A stretch of 64,000 nt of DNA, from contig JBMFRB010000005.1 in NCBI GenBank assembly GCA_049968255.1, forward strand, positions 165,822 to 229,821, given 5' to 3'. The notes beneath the pieces were generated by a model. It worked only from the letters and a program-made list of their open reading frames with translations, ran no database searches and was not told the DNA's origin. This document shows, piece by piece, positions 47,728 through 56,526 of the stretch. The DNA comes from Candidatus Sumerlaeaceae bacterium. Its GTDB lineage: Bacteria; Sumerlaeota; Sumerlaeia; Sumerlaeales; Sumerlaeaceae. How positions within the stretch are numbered: the first letter of the stretch is position 1; every line of letters begins with the position of its first letter. The position numbers and the translations under genes were made by a program.

Positions 47728-48711
47728 TTGAATACCCGGTACCGAATTCGGATGGTTCTCTGCTTTATTCTAACCCTTGTGGTGCCTTTGCCGTGGGCAC
47801 TGGCTCTCACAACATCGAGCCTGTCGAAAGTGACTATTGTTGCGACGATAGCTCCGATTGCTGATTGGGTTCGCAACGTTGGAGGCGATGAGGTTGAGGT
47901 CTTCACTCTCGTGCCGCCGGGGACGAGTCCCCACACGTTCGAGCCAAGCCCATCAGATTTGCGCACGATTGCGCGCAGTCAGCTTATTGTCGCAGCTGGC
48001 CTTGGCCTGGATGACTGGGCCATACGCCTTGCTGGCTCCAACGCGAAAATCCGGCAAATCCGCCTTGGCGACCGACTCAAAGAAAAGGGGCTGCTCCCGG
48101 CAGATTTGCCCACCCCTGAGAGCTTTGCGGTGGGCGAAAAACCGAGCGCTGGCACCTCCACGGCGGAGGGACATAAGCACGACGAACACGCACATCATCA
48201 CGATGGGGCTGATCCGCATTTCTGGCTCGACCCCGTGCTCGGGCAGCATGCGGTGACAGAGATTGAAATCGCGCTGAAGGAGATTGCCCCGGAACAGGGG
48301 CAAAAGTGGCAGGCCAATGCCGAAGGTTATCGGCAAAAACTCGCTGAACTCGATCGCGAAATTCAGCAGTTGCTCGCTAACTGCAAAGACAAGCGACTCG
48401 TATCTTTTCACAACGCTTTTTCTTACTTTGCTCGGCGTTATGGTCTTGTGGTGGCAGGCGTGATCCAGGCGTACCCCGGCAAGCCGCCCTCCGAGCGGGA
48501 AATCAAAAAGCTTGTCGAGGAGCTCCGGGCTGCGGGCATCAAAACCATTTTTTCCGAGCCACAAATGGACACTCGCCTGGCGCGGATCATTGCAGCCGAG
48601 GTTGGTGGTACGGTCGGTATGCTCGATCCGGAGGGCACTGCCGAGCGCAGCACCTATATTGAGTTGATGCGCTACAATGCGCAGCAAGTGAAAAACGCTC
48701 TGTGCCGCTAG
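47728..48711 (+). CDS. Zn/Mn ABC transporter substrate-binding protein (ZnuA/TroA family)
   Basis: PPG.SPHTFEP.P.D, His-rich loop HKHDEHAHHHD, DPHFWLDP and HNAFSYF. TTG start after GGAG is inferred. Confidence 0.92.
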   Translation: MNTRYRIRMVLCFILTLVVPLPWALALTTSSLSKVTIVATIAPIADWVRNVGGDEVEVFTLVPPGTSPHTFEPSPSDLRTIARSQLIVAAGLGLDDWAIRLAGSNAKIRQIRLGDRLKEKGLLPADLPTPESFAVGEKPSAGTSTAEGHKHDEHAHHHDGADPHFWLDPVLGQHAVTEIEIALKEIAPEQGQKWQANAEGYRQKLAELDREIQQLLANCKDKRLVSFHNAFSYFARRYGLVVAGVIQAYPGKPPSEREIKKLVEELRAAGIKTIFSEPQMDTRLARIIAAEVGGTVGMLDPEGTAERSTYIELMRYNAQQVKNALCR

Positions 48712-48741
48712 GTCCGCCTTTCCGCTGCGGCTAAGTCTTTT

Positions 48742-49218
48742 TTACAGACCGATTAACTCTCCGAGACGATCCTTGGAGAGGTTGCCTTCCTCCTTCGCCA
48801 CGACGCGGCCGGAAGGATCGAGCACGACAATTGCCGGCGCCTTTTCCACCCCAAGGCGCGCCGCAATTCCCTTCTTCTTTTGGATGTCGAGCGCAACCTT
48901 CTGAAGATTTGTTGCGCGGCGCGCTACACTCTCGGCAGCCTGCTTGGCCTTCGCTGAACTTGTCCCCGAGCCGTAGAACAGCACCACCGTTCGCTGACCA
49001 TTGACCCGCGCAAAGGCTGTGGCGCCGTCAAAATCTGAGGTCCACCCACTCATGTCGAGCACATCCGCCACCGGCGAAGCCACGGCTTTTTCCCGCGAAG
49101 CCGCCCGACGCATTGATCGAAAATCATATTGGCGCACATGCTCGCGCACACCGGAACAACCGACAAGGACTGTCACTGCCGCAGCTAAACAACCAATCCG
49201 CTTCACCATCTCGCTCAT
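48742..49218 (-). CDS. Lipoprotein with Cys-less thioredoxin-like fold
   Basis: Lipobox LVGC; WTSDFDGA..A..NGQ.TVVLFY and A.RLGVEKAP.IVVLD..G; no CxxC. Confidence 0.65.
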   Translation of the reverse strand: MSEMVKRIGCLAAAVTVLVGCSGVREHVRQYDFRSMRRAASREKAVASPVADVLDMSGWTSDFDGATAFARVNGQRTVVLFYGSGTSSAKAKQAAESVARRATNLQKVALDIQKKKGIAARLGVEKAPAIVVLDPSGRVVAKEEGNLSKDRLGELIGL

Positions 49219-49379
49219 CGGGTCATTTCCTCCTGTTCTCGCGTCTATGTAGCACTACTTGAGAAGTGTAAGAGCAACCTTTTTGTGAAGAGCCCAGAGG
49301 GAAAACACATTGACCCGCCGGAACTTTGCGGATAACCAAGAGAGCAAATTTTCGAGGAAACGGTCAGAGGACTTTACAC

Positions 49380-49955
49380 ATGCGCATTGCAGTGGCAAGC
49401 GACCATGCAGGCTTCGATCTCAAGACAGAAATTTTGGCCTTGCTGCGGGCCCGAGGGCACGAAGTGGTAGATTACGGCACCACATCACGCGAGTCGGTGG
49501 ATTTTGTGGACTTTGTGTATCCGGCAGCACTGGCCGTCAGCCGTGGCGAATGCGAGCGAGCCATTCTTGTGGATGGGGCGGGTTATCCTTCCGGAATCGT
49601 TGCAAACATGCTTCCGAACGTCTATGCGGCCGTAGCAAATGACGTCTTCTCGGCGCGCTTGAGCCGCGAGCACTCGAACACGAACATCTTGTGTCTCGGG
49701 GGAAAGGTCATCGGGGCAGGGGTAGCAGCAGATATCGTCACGACATGGCTCGATGCAAAATTTCTCGGAGGAAAATACGCCGCGCGGGTGGCCAAGGTCG
49801 AAGCCCTGGCCAAACGTCACAAACGCGCGCATGAAGAACAGCCACGCAAGGTGGTGACCATGCAGGACGTCAAAGATGCGCTGCGACGCAAAGAGAGCCT
49901 CCTCATGGATTCGGCGACAATCATTACCCCGTCAGTGCTGGATCTGATTCGTTAG
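49380..49955 (+). CDS. RpiB/LacAB-family sugar-phosphate isomerase, DGAG variant with C-terminal extension
   Basis: IAVASDHAGF.LK, REH.NTNILCLG and FLGG; ATG 49380 follows AGAGGA. Confidence 0.88.
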   Translation: MRIAVASDHAGFDLKTEILALLRARGHEVVDYGTTSRESVDFVDFVYPAALAVSRGECERAILVDGAGYPSGIVANMLPNVYAAVANDVFSARLSREHSNTNILCLGGKVIGAGVAADIVTTWLDAKFLGGKYAARVAKVEALAKRHKRAHEEQPRKVVTMQDVKDALRRKESLLMDSATIITPSVLDLIR

Positions 49956-50007
49956 CCGATGCATTATGCCATGGGCCGGCATAGGCTGGTCGAGGAAAGG
50001 GAAGAGG

Positions 50008-50742
50008 ATGTACAGCTTTTCGGACAAAGTGGTGATCATCACGGGAGCAAGCCGGGGGATTGGCGCTGCATTAGCAAAAGCTATTGCAGCCGAAGGAGCG
50101 AACCTGTGTCTGGTTGCACGAGATGCTGAGGCGCTGCGCAACATTGGATTGGAGCTGCGCCGCCATTACGCTACGGATGTGATGCCTCGGGCGTGCGACG
50201 TCCGCGACGCTCGGCGCGTGGAACAATTGGTGGCTGACTGTGTGCAGCGTTTTGGACGACTCGATATGGTGATCAACAATGCAGCCGTGCTGGGACTCAT
50301 GGCGCCGATTCATGAATATCTACCCGAGCCATGGAATTCGACTATCGCGACAAACCTTCACGGGGCTTTTTACGTGTCGCATTATGCACTTTGTCAAATG
50401 AAGCGCCAGCAGCCTGGCGGAAGGATTGTCTTTGTGAGCTCCTCGGTCGGCCGCACAATCCGGGCTGGCTGGGGCGCCTATGCCGTGAGTAAATATGCCG
50501 CCGAAGCCCTCATGCAACTCATTGCCCTGGAAAGCGAGCAGACGGGGGTGGTGGCTTGTTCGATCAATCCGGGCGGGGTATCGACGGCGATGCGTCGGCT
50601 CGCTTATCCCCAGGAAGATCCCACCACCTTGCCTACTCCAGAACAAGTAGCCCAGGCCTTTTTGAACATCCTGCGGCTACCGGACAAAGCCCTGAACGGG
50701 CGAAGCTTCAACGCGCGGGAACATTTGGGAGGCTCCCCTTGA
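50008..50742 (+). CDS. Short-chain dehydrogenase/reductase (YciK-like)
   Basis: TGASRGIG, NNA, SSSVGR..RAGWGAYAVSK and INPGG..TAMR. Confidence 0.9.
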   Translation: MYSFSDKVVIITGASRGIGAALAKAIAAEGANLCLVARDAEALRNIGLELRRHYATDVMPRACDVRDARRVEQLVADCVQRFGRLDMVINNAAVLGLMAPIHEYLPEPWNSTIATNLHGAFYVSHYALCQMKRQQPGGRIVFVSSSVGRTIRAGWGAYAVSKYAAEALMQLIALESEQTGVVACSINPGGVSTAMRRLAYPQEDPTTLPTPEQVAQAFLNILRLPDKALNGRSFNAREHLGGSP

Positions 50743-51317
50743 GCTTCGCACGCCGGCGGATCAGGCGAATGGCTTTGCTAGTTGGGGGAGGCGCTGTGGC
50801 TGGGTTTATTCTGTTTGACCTGCTCGTGCGATTGCTCCCTTCCCCGTATCCGCCAGCGCCCGTTGCGGAACATGATCCTTTTCGGCGAATCCATGAAATC
50901 CTAAAACGAAGCGATCGCGCCTATGCCCTACGCCTTGAGAGTTTGCGACGACTGCGAGATAGTCGGTTGGCCGCAGGATCTTCCGCAACATTGGAGGAGG
51001 AAGTGCTCACCGCAGCGGCAAAACTTCTAGCTGAGCACGGCGCCACTCAAGCTCCGTCGGCGGCCTTGGAACGATTGACGCGCTTGGCCCCCCGCGTAAC
51101 GAAAGCTTGCGGGAAAGCGGGCATCTCGCTGGGACCCAATATCCAGCCAGAACTGATCGAAATTCGAGTCGCAGATCTCGCCAACCAACGCGCCATTGGG
51201 GCTGTTATCGCCGAGTACCAATTTGCTGAGCTCGTGCGTTGCCTTGTGGCGAACTACGCAGGCAGTAGAAAACCCACCACACTTTCCCGAGCTGAAGCAG
51301 CCCCTCACGAACAGTGA
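50739..51317 (+). CDS. Hypothetical membrane-anchored protein
   Basis: TTG start after GGAGG overlaps the SDR stop; Arg-rich N-terminus then a TM helix; no family recognised. Confidence 0.6.
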   Translation: MSFARRRIRRMALLVGGGAVAGFILFDLLVRLLPSPYPPAPVAEHDPFRRIHEILKRSDRAYALRLESLRRLRDSRLAAGSSATLEEEVLTAAAKLLAEHGATQAPSAALERLTRLAPRVTKACGKAGISLGPNIQPELIEIRVADLANQRAIGAVIAEYQFAELVRCLVANYAGSRKPTTLSRAEAAPHEQ

Positions 51318-51336
51318 GCGCTGTGGGCGCTACACA

Positions 51337-52797
51337 CTAACTACCAAGTAGTCGCTTGAGATCATCCATGGAGCGTAGGCGAAGCTCCGTGCGGACAAGC
51401 TGCCCATGACGATCCAAGACGGCTCCCGACGGAACTTTGAAGATTCCGTACTGGGCCGGGACGGTGCTTGGCTCTTTCGTCGTGTCGTAGACAGCGACGA
51501 TATAGTCGCGCGTAAGCGAGGCGAACATGGGCGACTGGACGATTTCATCCCAGAAGCGTTTGCAGGCTGGAACCTCGGGCGAGTAGAAGAGCACGAGGAC
51601 TTTTTTGCCGGATTGCTTGGCCGCGGAAAGTGCTGTGGTGTAGCTCACCAACGCACCCTGCACCGAGGCGGCAGCGGCTGTCGAAGCAGGGGGCGGCGGC
51701 AAATCAAGCCGTTGCTGGCATGGCTGCGAAATCTGGAAGGCCTGCACGGTCGCGAGCATGCGTCTAAATCCCTGCGTGTTGACGTCTTTATATTGTCCGC
51801 CGACAATGTAAACGTAGCCGTGAACCTTATCTAAACCGAGAGCATGGTAAACCCGCGCCTCGAGATCCGTGTTGAGAACCTGCCAAGGTCCGACCTTGTT
51901 CTCTTGGACGCGTGCAAACCAAATCGCGTTGGTAAACACAGCGCCTTTGTAGCGACCCGCGACACCGACAAGGTAATCATTAAAGCCGCAGAACGCAGAC
52001 GAATAGGTCGCGGCAGGCATCGGAGTTTCTTCGAGCCAGGGCCCGATGGTTCCGTCGTCATGCACTGCGGCTGAGAAAACCTTCGAATTGATCGCATCTT
52101 TGGATTTCTCCACCAGCCCGCCCCAAATGTAGAGCCGATCATCTAAAATTGCGGCTCCGTGGAACCACAAAGGGGTGGGCAAGGGCAAAGCGGCGCGCCA
52201 GTTGGCGGGTGCACCCGTTGCGTCGAGATCACACACAAACGTTTGATCGGTAATGCCGCTTTCTGTCGAACCTCCCAGAACAAAGAGATGCTTGTCGTTC
52301 GATGAGGTAGCGATGCACGAGGTAGGAACCTGGGTAAACGGCTGAGAACGTTTCCAGTCTTGAAGCGTGCCGTCGGCATTCACGCGCGTCCAGAGCACAT
52401 CATTTGCGCGCTGCAGATCATTTTCCTGAGTACTCGTGGTAGGAGCTACACCGCCGCCAATAACGTAAATGCGGTCATTGACCACCTCGACGGATTGTGA
52501 GATATAGTTGCGCATTTCGGGCATGGGGCGTTCTTGGCGCCAGGTGCCGAGGGCGCCCCCTTGCATGATGGGAGCGGAGAGAACCGAATTGGTCCACCCG
52601 CCAATATTCGCAATTCCTCCCATCACGTAAAGGCGCGCCCCCACGACAGCAGCTCCATGCATTTGCCGGGGAGAGGGTAGACTGCTACAGCGCAGCAATG
52701 AGAACGGTCGTGGGGTTGTCTGCGGCAAATTCTGGCCGACGACAGACACCGAGCATGCCAGCAGCGGCACTACGAAAGCCAAAGGTTTAGACATCAT
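51337..52797 (-). CDS. Exported Kelch-repeat beta-propeller with C-terminal thioredoxin-like domain
   Basis: Kelch repeats (HGAAVVGARLYVMGG, RIYVIGG, HLFVLGG, RLYIWGG); C-terminal AK.SGKKVLVLFYS..VPAC..GIFKVP. Confidence 0.8.
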   Translation of the reverse strand: MMSKPLAFVVPLLACSVSVVGQNLPQTTPRPFSLLRCSSLPSPRQMHGAAVVGARLYVMGGIANIGGWTNSVLSAPIMQGGALGTWRQERPMPEMRNYISQSVEVVNDRIYVIGGGVAPTTSTQENDLQRANDVLWTRVNADGTLQDWKRSQPFTQVPTSCIATSSNDKHLFVLGGSTESGITDQTFVCDLDATGAPANWRAALPLPTPLWFHGAAILDDRLYIWGGLVEKSKDAINSKVFSAAVHDDGTIGPWLEETPMPAATYSSAFCGFNDYLVGVAGRYKGAVFTNAIWFARVQENKVGPWQVLNTDLEARVYHALGLDKVHGYVYIVGGQYKDVNTQGFRRMLATVQAFQISQPCQQRLDLPPPPASTAAAASVQGALVSYTTALSAAKQSGKKVLVLFYSPEVPACKRFWDEIVQSPMFASLTRDYIVAVYDTTKEPSTVPAQYGIFKVPSGAVLDRHGQLVRTELRLRSMDDLKRLLGS

Positions 52798-52897
52798 GTT
52801 CGAAGCTCTCCCTGAAGATAACTGTAGGAAACCACGCAAGCGCCCCCGCGGTGCACAGGAGAAGAGCCAGGCTGTCGAAGCTGTCAGAAGAGGGCGC

Positions 52898-54181
52898 TTA
52901 CTGATTCGCCAGAAGTTTTCGCCATTCTTTTGCAGCAAATTCAAGAGCTTCTTTTGGGGATTTTGCACCCCTCAAGGCGTCCTGATATGCCTGGGTAAGC
53001 GGGGGGAAGAGGCCGGCGCCAGCAGGGATCAGTGGCCGAGCGCGGGCCACATCGAGTTGTTTGCGGAACGCCTGCACAAGCTCGTTGTTTTTCACCTCCG
53101 GCATATCGTAAGCTGCCTTATGGGTGGGCAGTAGGTTGTTGCGCACGGTGAAACGGACTTGATTTTTTGCGCTATTGATCCAGTCCAAGAAATAGAACGC
53201 AATTTCGGGATTTTTTGAACTGGCTGAAACGACATAGCAGTGGCCGCCAATGGGAGAGCCCGAGCCAGCCGGTCCGCTAGGCAACATGGCGACACCAAGG
53301 TTCGTGGGGTTATCCTTGAATTCGCTGCCAGTGAGTATGTTGGCCGTGGCCCAAGGACCCATGAAGAGCATGGCAATGCGTCCGCCCTTGAAATCCTCGA
53401 GCTGATTGTTGTAGTCGTTGGCGATGTCAAATGTCGGCGGAACGATGTTGTGCTTTGCGCGCAGGTCCAGCATAAACTGGAGTCCCTTCACAGCCCCCTC
53501 ATTCGCGATGAGAATCTCATTCGTTTTTTCGTCAATCAATCCGCCGCCGAACGCCCAGATAAATGGTAGCATGAAGTAACTATCGTTGGCGGGATAGGCA
53601 AAGGAGTAGAGTTTTTTTTCAGGTTTTGTGATTTTCTTGCCAACTTCTACGAGTTCATCCATGGTTCTTGGTGGCTCGACACCGGCTTGCTTTAGGATGC
53701 GCTTGTTATAGAGAAGCGCGAGGCAGTCCGTGACTTGGGGAAGCCCCCACGTTTCCTCCTTGTACTGTGCCACACGCATGGGCATCTCAAGGTAGGCAGC
53801 TTTATCTTCGGGCCTAAGGTAATCGTCGAGGGGGGTGAGGTAACCGAGCTCTGCCATTTCTGCGGTCCAAGCAACTTCACAACGGAAGCAGTCGGGTGCC
53901 TGTCCAGCTTTCGAGGCCGTTTTGAACTTAGTTTGCGCCTCTGCAAAGGCGACAGTATCCATTTTGATTTTCACCTTTGGGTGCGCCTTTTCAAAATCGG
54001 CGACGATATCTTTGAGCGTCGCTGTCTCCTCAGCGTTGTGGGTCTGCCAAAACGTCAAGATCACAGGTTCGGAAAGCTTTGCGATTTTGCCAGCAATCTC
54101 GGCTCGCGTATCGGCCATGCCTAGCGCAGCTAGAACGAGAAAAAGAGAGACGAATCCAAGTCTACTCAAATGACGATTCAT
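52898..54181 (-). CDS. Sugar (malto-/oligosaccharide) ABC transporter substrate-binding protein
   Basis: Signal peptide; FEKAHP..K, APD, WGLP, LLYNK, PP.TMDEL, AM..MGPW. Confidence 0.88.
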   Translation of the reverse strand: MNRHLSRLGFVSLFLVLAALGMADTRAEIAGKIAKLSEPVILTFWQTHNAEETATLKDIVADFEKAHPKVKIKMDTVAFAEAQTKFKTASKAGQAPDCFRCEVAWTAEMAELGYLTPLDDYLRPEDKAAYLEMPMRVAQYKEETWGLPQVTDCLALLYNKRILKQAGVEPPRTMDELVEVGKKITKPEKKLYSFAYPANDSYFMLPFIWAFGGGLIDEKTNEILIANEGAVKGLQFMLDLRAKHNIVPPTFDIANDYNNQLEDFKGGRIAMLFMGPWATANILTGSEFKDNPTNLGVAMLPSGPAGSGSPIGGHCYVVSASSKNPEIAFYFLDWINSAKNQVRFTVRNNLLPTHKAAYDMPEVKNNELVQAFRKQLDVARARPLIPAGAGLFPPLTQAYQDALRGAKSPKEALEFAAKEWRKLLANQ

Positions 54182-54340
54182 GCGACGACTCCTTGCATTG
54201 AGCCCATGAGGCTAGGGCTTTTGCGTGCTACCTCATCTCTGTGGAAGCAGAGTGCTGGTGGATCGGTTCGAATGCAATCGGAAATTTGCGCACAGCGACT
54301 TCGTTCCCTGACCAGGGAAATCCCCAATGGGAAATCCCGG

Positions 54341-54379
54341 AAAAAGAAGTCCCCCCCACCTTGCGGTGGGAGGGACTTC
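54341..54379 (-). terminator. Intrinsic terminator downstream of sod
   Basis: GAAGTCCC..CCACC/GGTGG..GGGACTTC stem followed by TTTTT on the minus strand. Confidence 0.8.
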
Positions 54380-54451
54380 CTCGTGTAGGGGTGCGGGGAG
54401 GTGAGTGACGGATGGAGGGGAGGGCATCCGTCACCCAGGAGGAGAATCAGT

Positions 54452-55066
54452 TCATTTTTTTATCGCCTGATAGCGCTCTAGCGCTTTTTCCCAATTGAGA
54501 ACATTCCACCAAGCCTCGAGGTATTCCCCGCGGCGGTTCTGGTACTTTAGGTAGTAGGCATGTTCCCACACGTCGTTGCCCAGAATAACGTGGTGGCCTT
54601 CGCTAAGAGGACTGTCCTGATTCGGGGTGGAAACGATTTCCAGCTTACCTGTGTTTGTGAGAATGAGCCAGGCCCATCCCGAGCCGAACCTCTTGAGTCC
54701 AGCGTCGTTGAACGCTTTCTTAAAGGCATCCACACTCCCGAAAGTGGATTTGATGGCCTCGGCCAACTCCCCCACCGGTTCCTTGGGGCCACCAGGGATC
54801 ATGAGCTCCCAGAAAATCGTGTGGTTGAGATGCCCGCCGCCATGATTGCGAACAGCGGTGCGAATTGCTTCGGGAACAGCAGCAAGATTGCGGATAAGAT
54901 CCTCGATGCTCTTCTGCTGAAGTTCAGGATAACCCTCGAGCGCCGCATTAAGGTTCTGGACGTAAGCGGCATGGTGCTTATCGTGGTGAAGGATCATTGT
55001 TTGGGTATCAATGTACGGCTCGAGTGCGTCGTACGCGTAAGGTAGAGGTGGAACTACGTGTGCCAT
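54452..55066 (-). CDS. sodA: Superoxide dismutase, Mn-type signature
   Basis: [19 protein letters not shown] and DVWEHAYY; GAGGAG RBS. Confidence 0.95.
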   Translation of the reverse strand: MAHVVPPLPYAYDALEPYIDTQTMILHHDKHHAAYVQNLNAALEGYPELQQKSIEDLIRNLAAVPEAIRTAVRNHGGGHLNHTIFWELMIPGGPKEPVGELAEAIKSTFGSVDAFKKAFNDAGLKRFGSGWAWLILTNTGKLEIVSTPNQDSPLSEGHHVILGNDVWEHAYYLKYQNRRGEYLEAWWNVLNWEKALERYQAIKK

Positions 55067-55277
55067 GTTCTTCTCCTCATCAGCACAATTTTTTCAGCGT
55101 GCTGGTCGGCCCGTAATGCACGAGCCAAGGTCATGTTGCAAAATGTACTAGTTTTGTTCTGATTTTTCATTCATCTTTTTTTGCATTACAGTCGTTTTTT
55201 TGCCCTAGCGAGTGGTGAAGCTCAGCGCATGATTTTGCAGTGGTCATTGTAGGCTAAGGTGCGAAGGAGTGGGCCGC

Positions 55278-55670
55278 ATGTTCCGCACAATGATGAAATC
55301 GAAAATTCATCGCGCCACGGTTACACAGGCAAACCTCAATTATGTGGGTTCGATCACGATTGACCGTGATTTGATGGACGCGGCAGATCTTCTTCCCAAC
55401 GAGCGCGTGCAAGTGGTGAATAACAACAACGGCGCACGGCTGGAAACCTACGTGATCGAAGGGCCGCGTGGCTCTGGCACGATTTGCATGAATGGAGCGG
55501 CGGCACGGTTGGCCCAACCTGGTGATGTGCTGATCATCATTTCTTACGCCCTGATGAGCGATGAGATAGCGCGCCAATACGCGCCGCGGGTCGTGCTGGT
55601 GGACGAACACAATCGCATTGTGCGTGTGGTGGAGGGCGAGGTGGCGGGAGCCACGGCGACACTTTCCTAA
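55278..55670 (+). CDS. panD: Aspartate 1-decarboxylase
   Basis: [18 protein letters not shown] (Gly-Ser cleavage site), R.ETY and NGAAAR; AAGGAG RBS. Confidence 0.97.
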   Translation: MFRTMMKSKIHRATVTQANLNYVGSITIDRDLMDAADLLPNERVQVVNNNNGARLETYVIEGPRGSGTICMNGAAARLAQPGDVLIIISYALMSDEIARQYAPRVVLVDEHNRIVRVVEGEVAGATATLS

Positions 55671-55885
55671 CTCCTCCCTTGGCCCATGCGTTTCGCATTT
55701 TGCGAGCAAAGAGGAAAACCCTTTCCCACCTGAGCAATCAACTCCCAATCTCCGAATGCTCTTCTTTTTCATCGTGTTCTAGCGGGTGGAGGTCCGCACG
55801 GCGGGTGACATTTTCTGCTGGAAAGCTCTCCGCGAGTTGCGTAGTTGCCAAAGCGTTCTTATCCCGCACAAAAAGGTGATTCCCG

Positions 55886-56389
55886 ATGCCAAAAAAGCGT
55901 CCCGATATAACCGAATCGCTGTTTTACGACAAGTACTACGTGATCAAGAAATCGCGCGCTCAGATGCTGGCCCAGGAAGCCATCCGCCAGCTCACCGAGG
56001 AGATGGGACCGTCCGACGGACCTATTGAAATCGTGGACATTCTTGAGCGGATGTGCGCGATTCAAGGTAAACAGTACTTTTGCCTCAATCTGGACGAAGA
56101 GGCGAGCCTGAAAGCGATGAAAACGTACTACACCGCCAAATATGACCGCGAGACCGCCGAGGCGTGCCTTGAGTATATCATGAAGAAGGAAGTTGGGCGC
56201 GAAGTTGTGTTCAAAGGCAAGTGCCTTGTGCGCGGCCGCGTGATTGATGTGTGGCATCATCCCGATGGCGGCAAAGTTTTTGAAGTGAAAGACAAAGAGG
56301 GACAACAATACACGGTGCCCGAGAGCTGGGTGGTGAAGTGGCTGGAGACAGAACCCAACCAGCAGTCCGACACTCAGCAGTCGCAGTAG
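55886..56389 (+). CDS. Hypothetical cytoplasmic protein (helical N-part, possible small beta-barrel C-part)
   Basis: AAGGTG RBS and protein-like composition; no family recognised. Confidence 0.7.
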   Translation: MPKKRPDITESLFYDKYYVIKKSRAQMLAQEAIRQLTEEMGPSDGPIEIVDILERMCAIQGKQYFCLNLDEEASLKAMKTYYTAKYDRETAEACLEYIMKKEVGREVVFKGKCLVRGRVIDVWHHPDGGKVFEVKDKEGQQYTVPESWVVKWLETEPNQQSDTQQSQ

Positions 56390-56526
56390 GAAATTGCGCA
56401 GTGACTCTCATGTCAAAAGTACGGGACTTCGTTTGCGGTCTTGCTCGCATGCCTTCGCGCCCAAGATCGAGGAAGAAGTTCACGGGGACATCCTCTTCGC
56501 ATGAGAGGCTCCAGGAGATGAAGATC

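Noticed and set aside
55150-55200. Fur/PerR-like box upstream of sodA (minus strand AATGAAAAATCAG)
   Set aside because: Weak match with wrong spacing in generally AT-rich promoter DNA.
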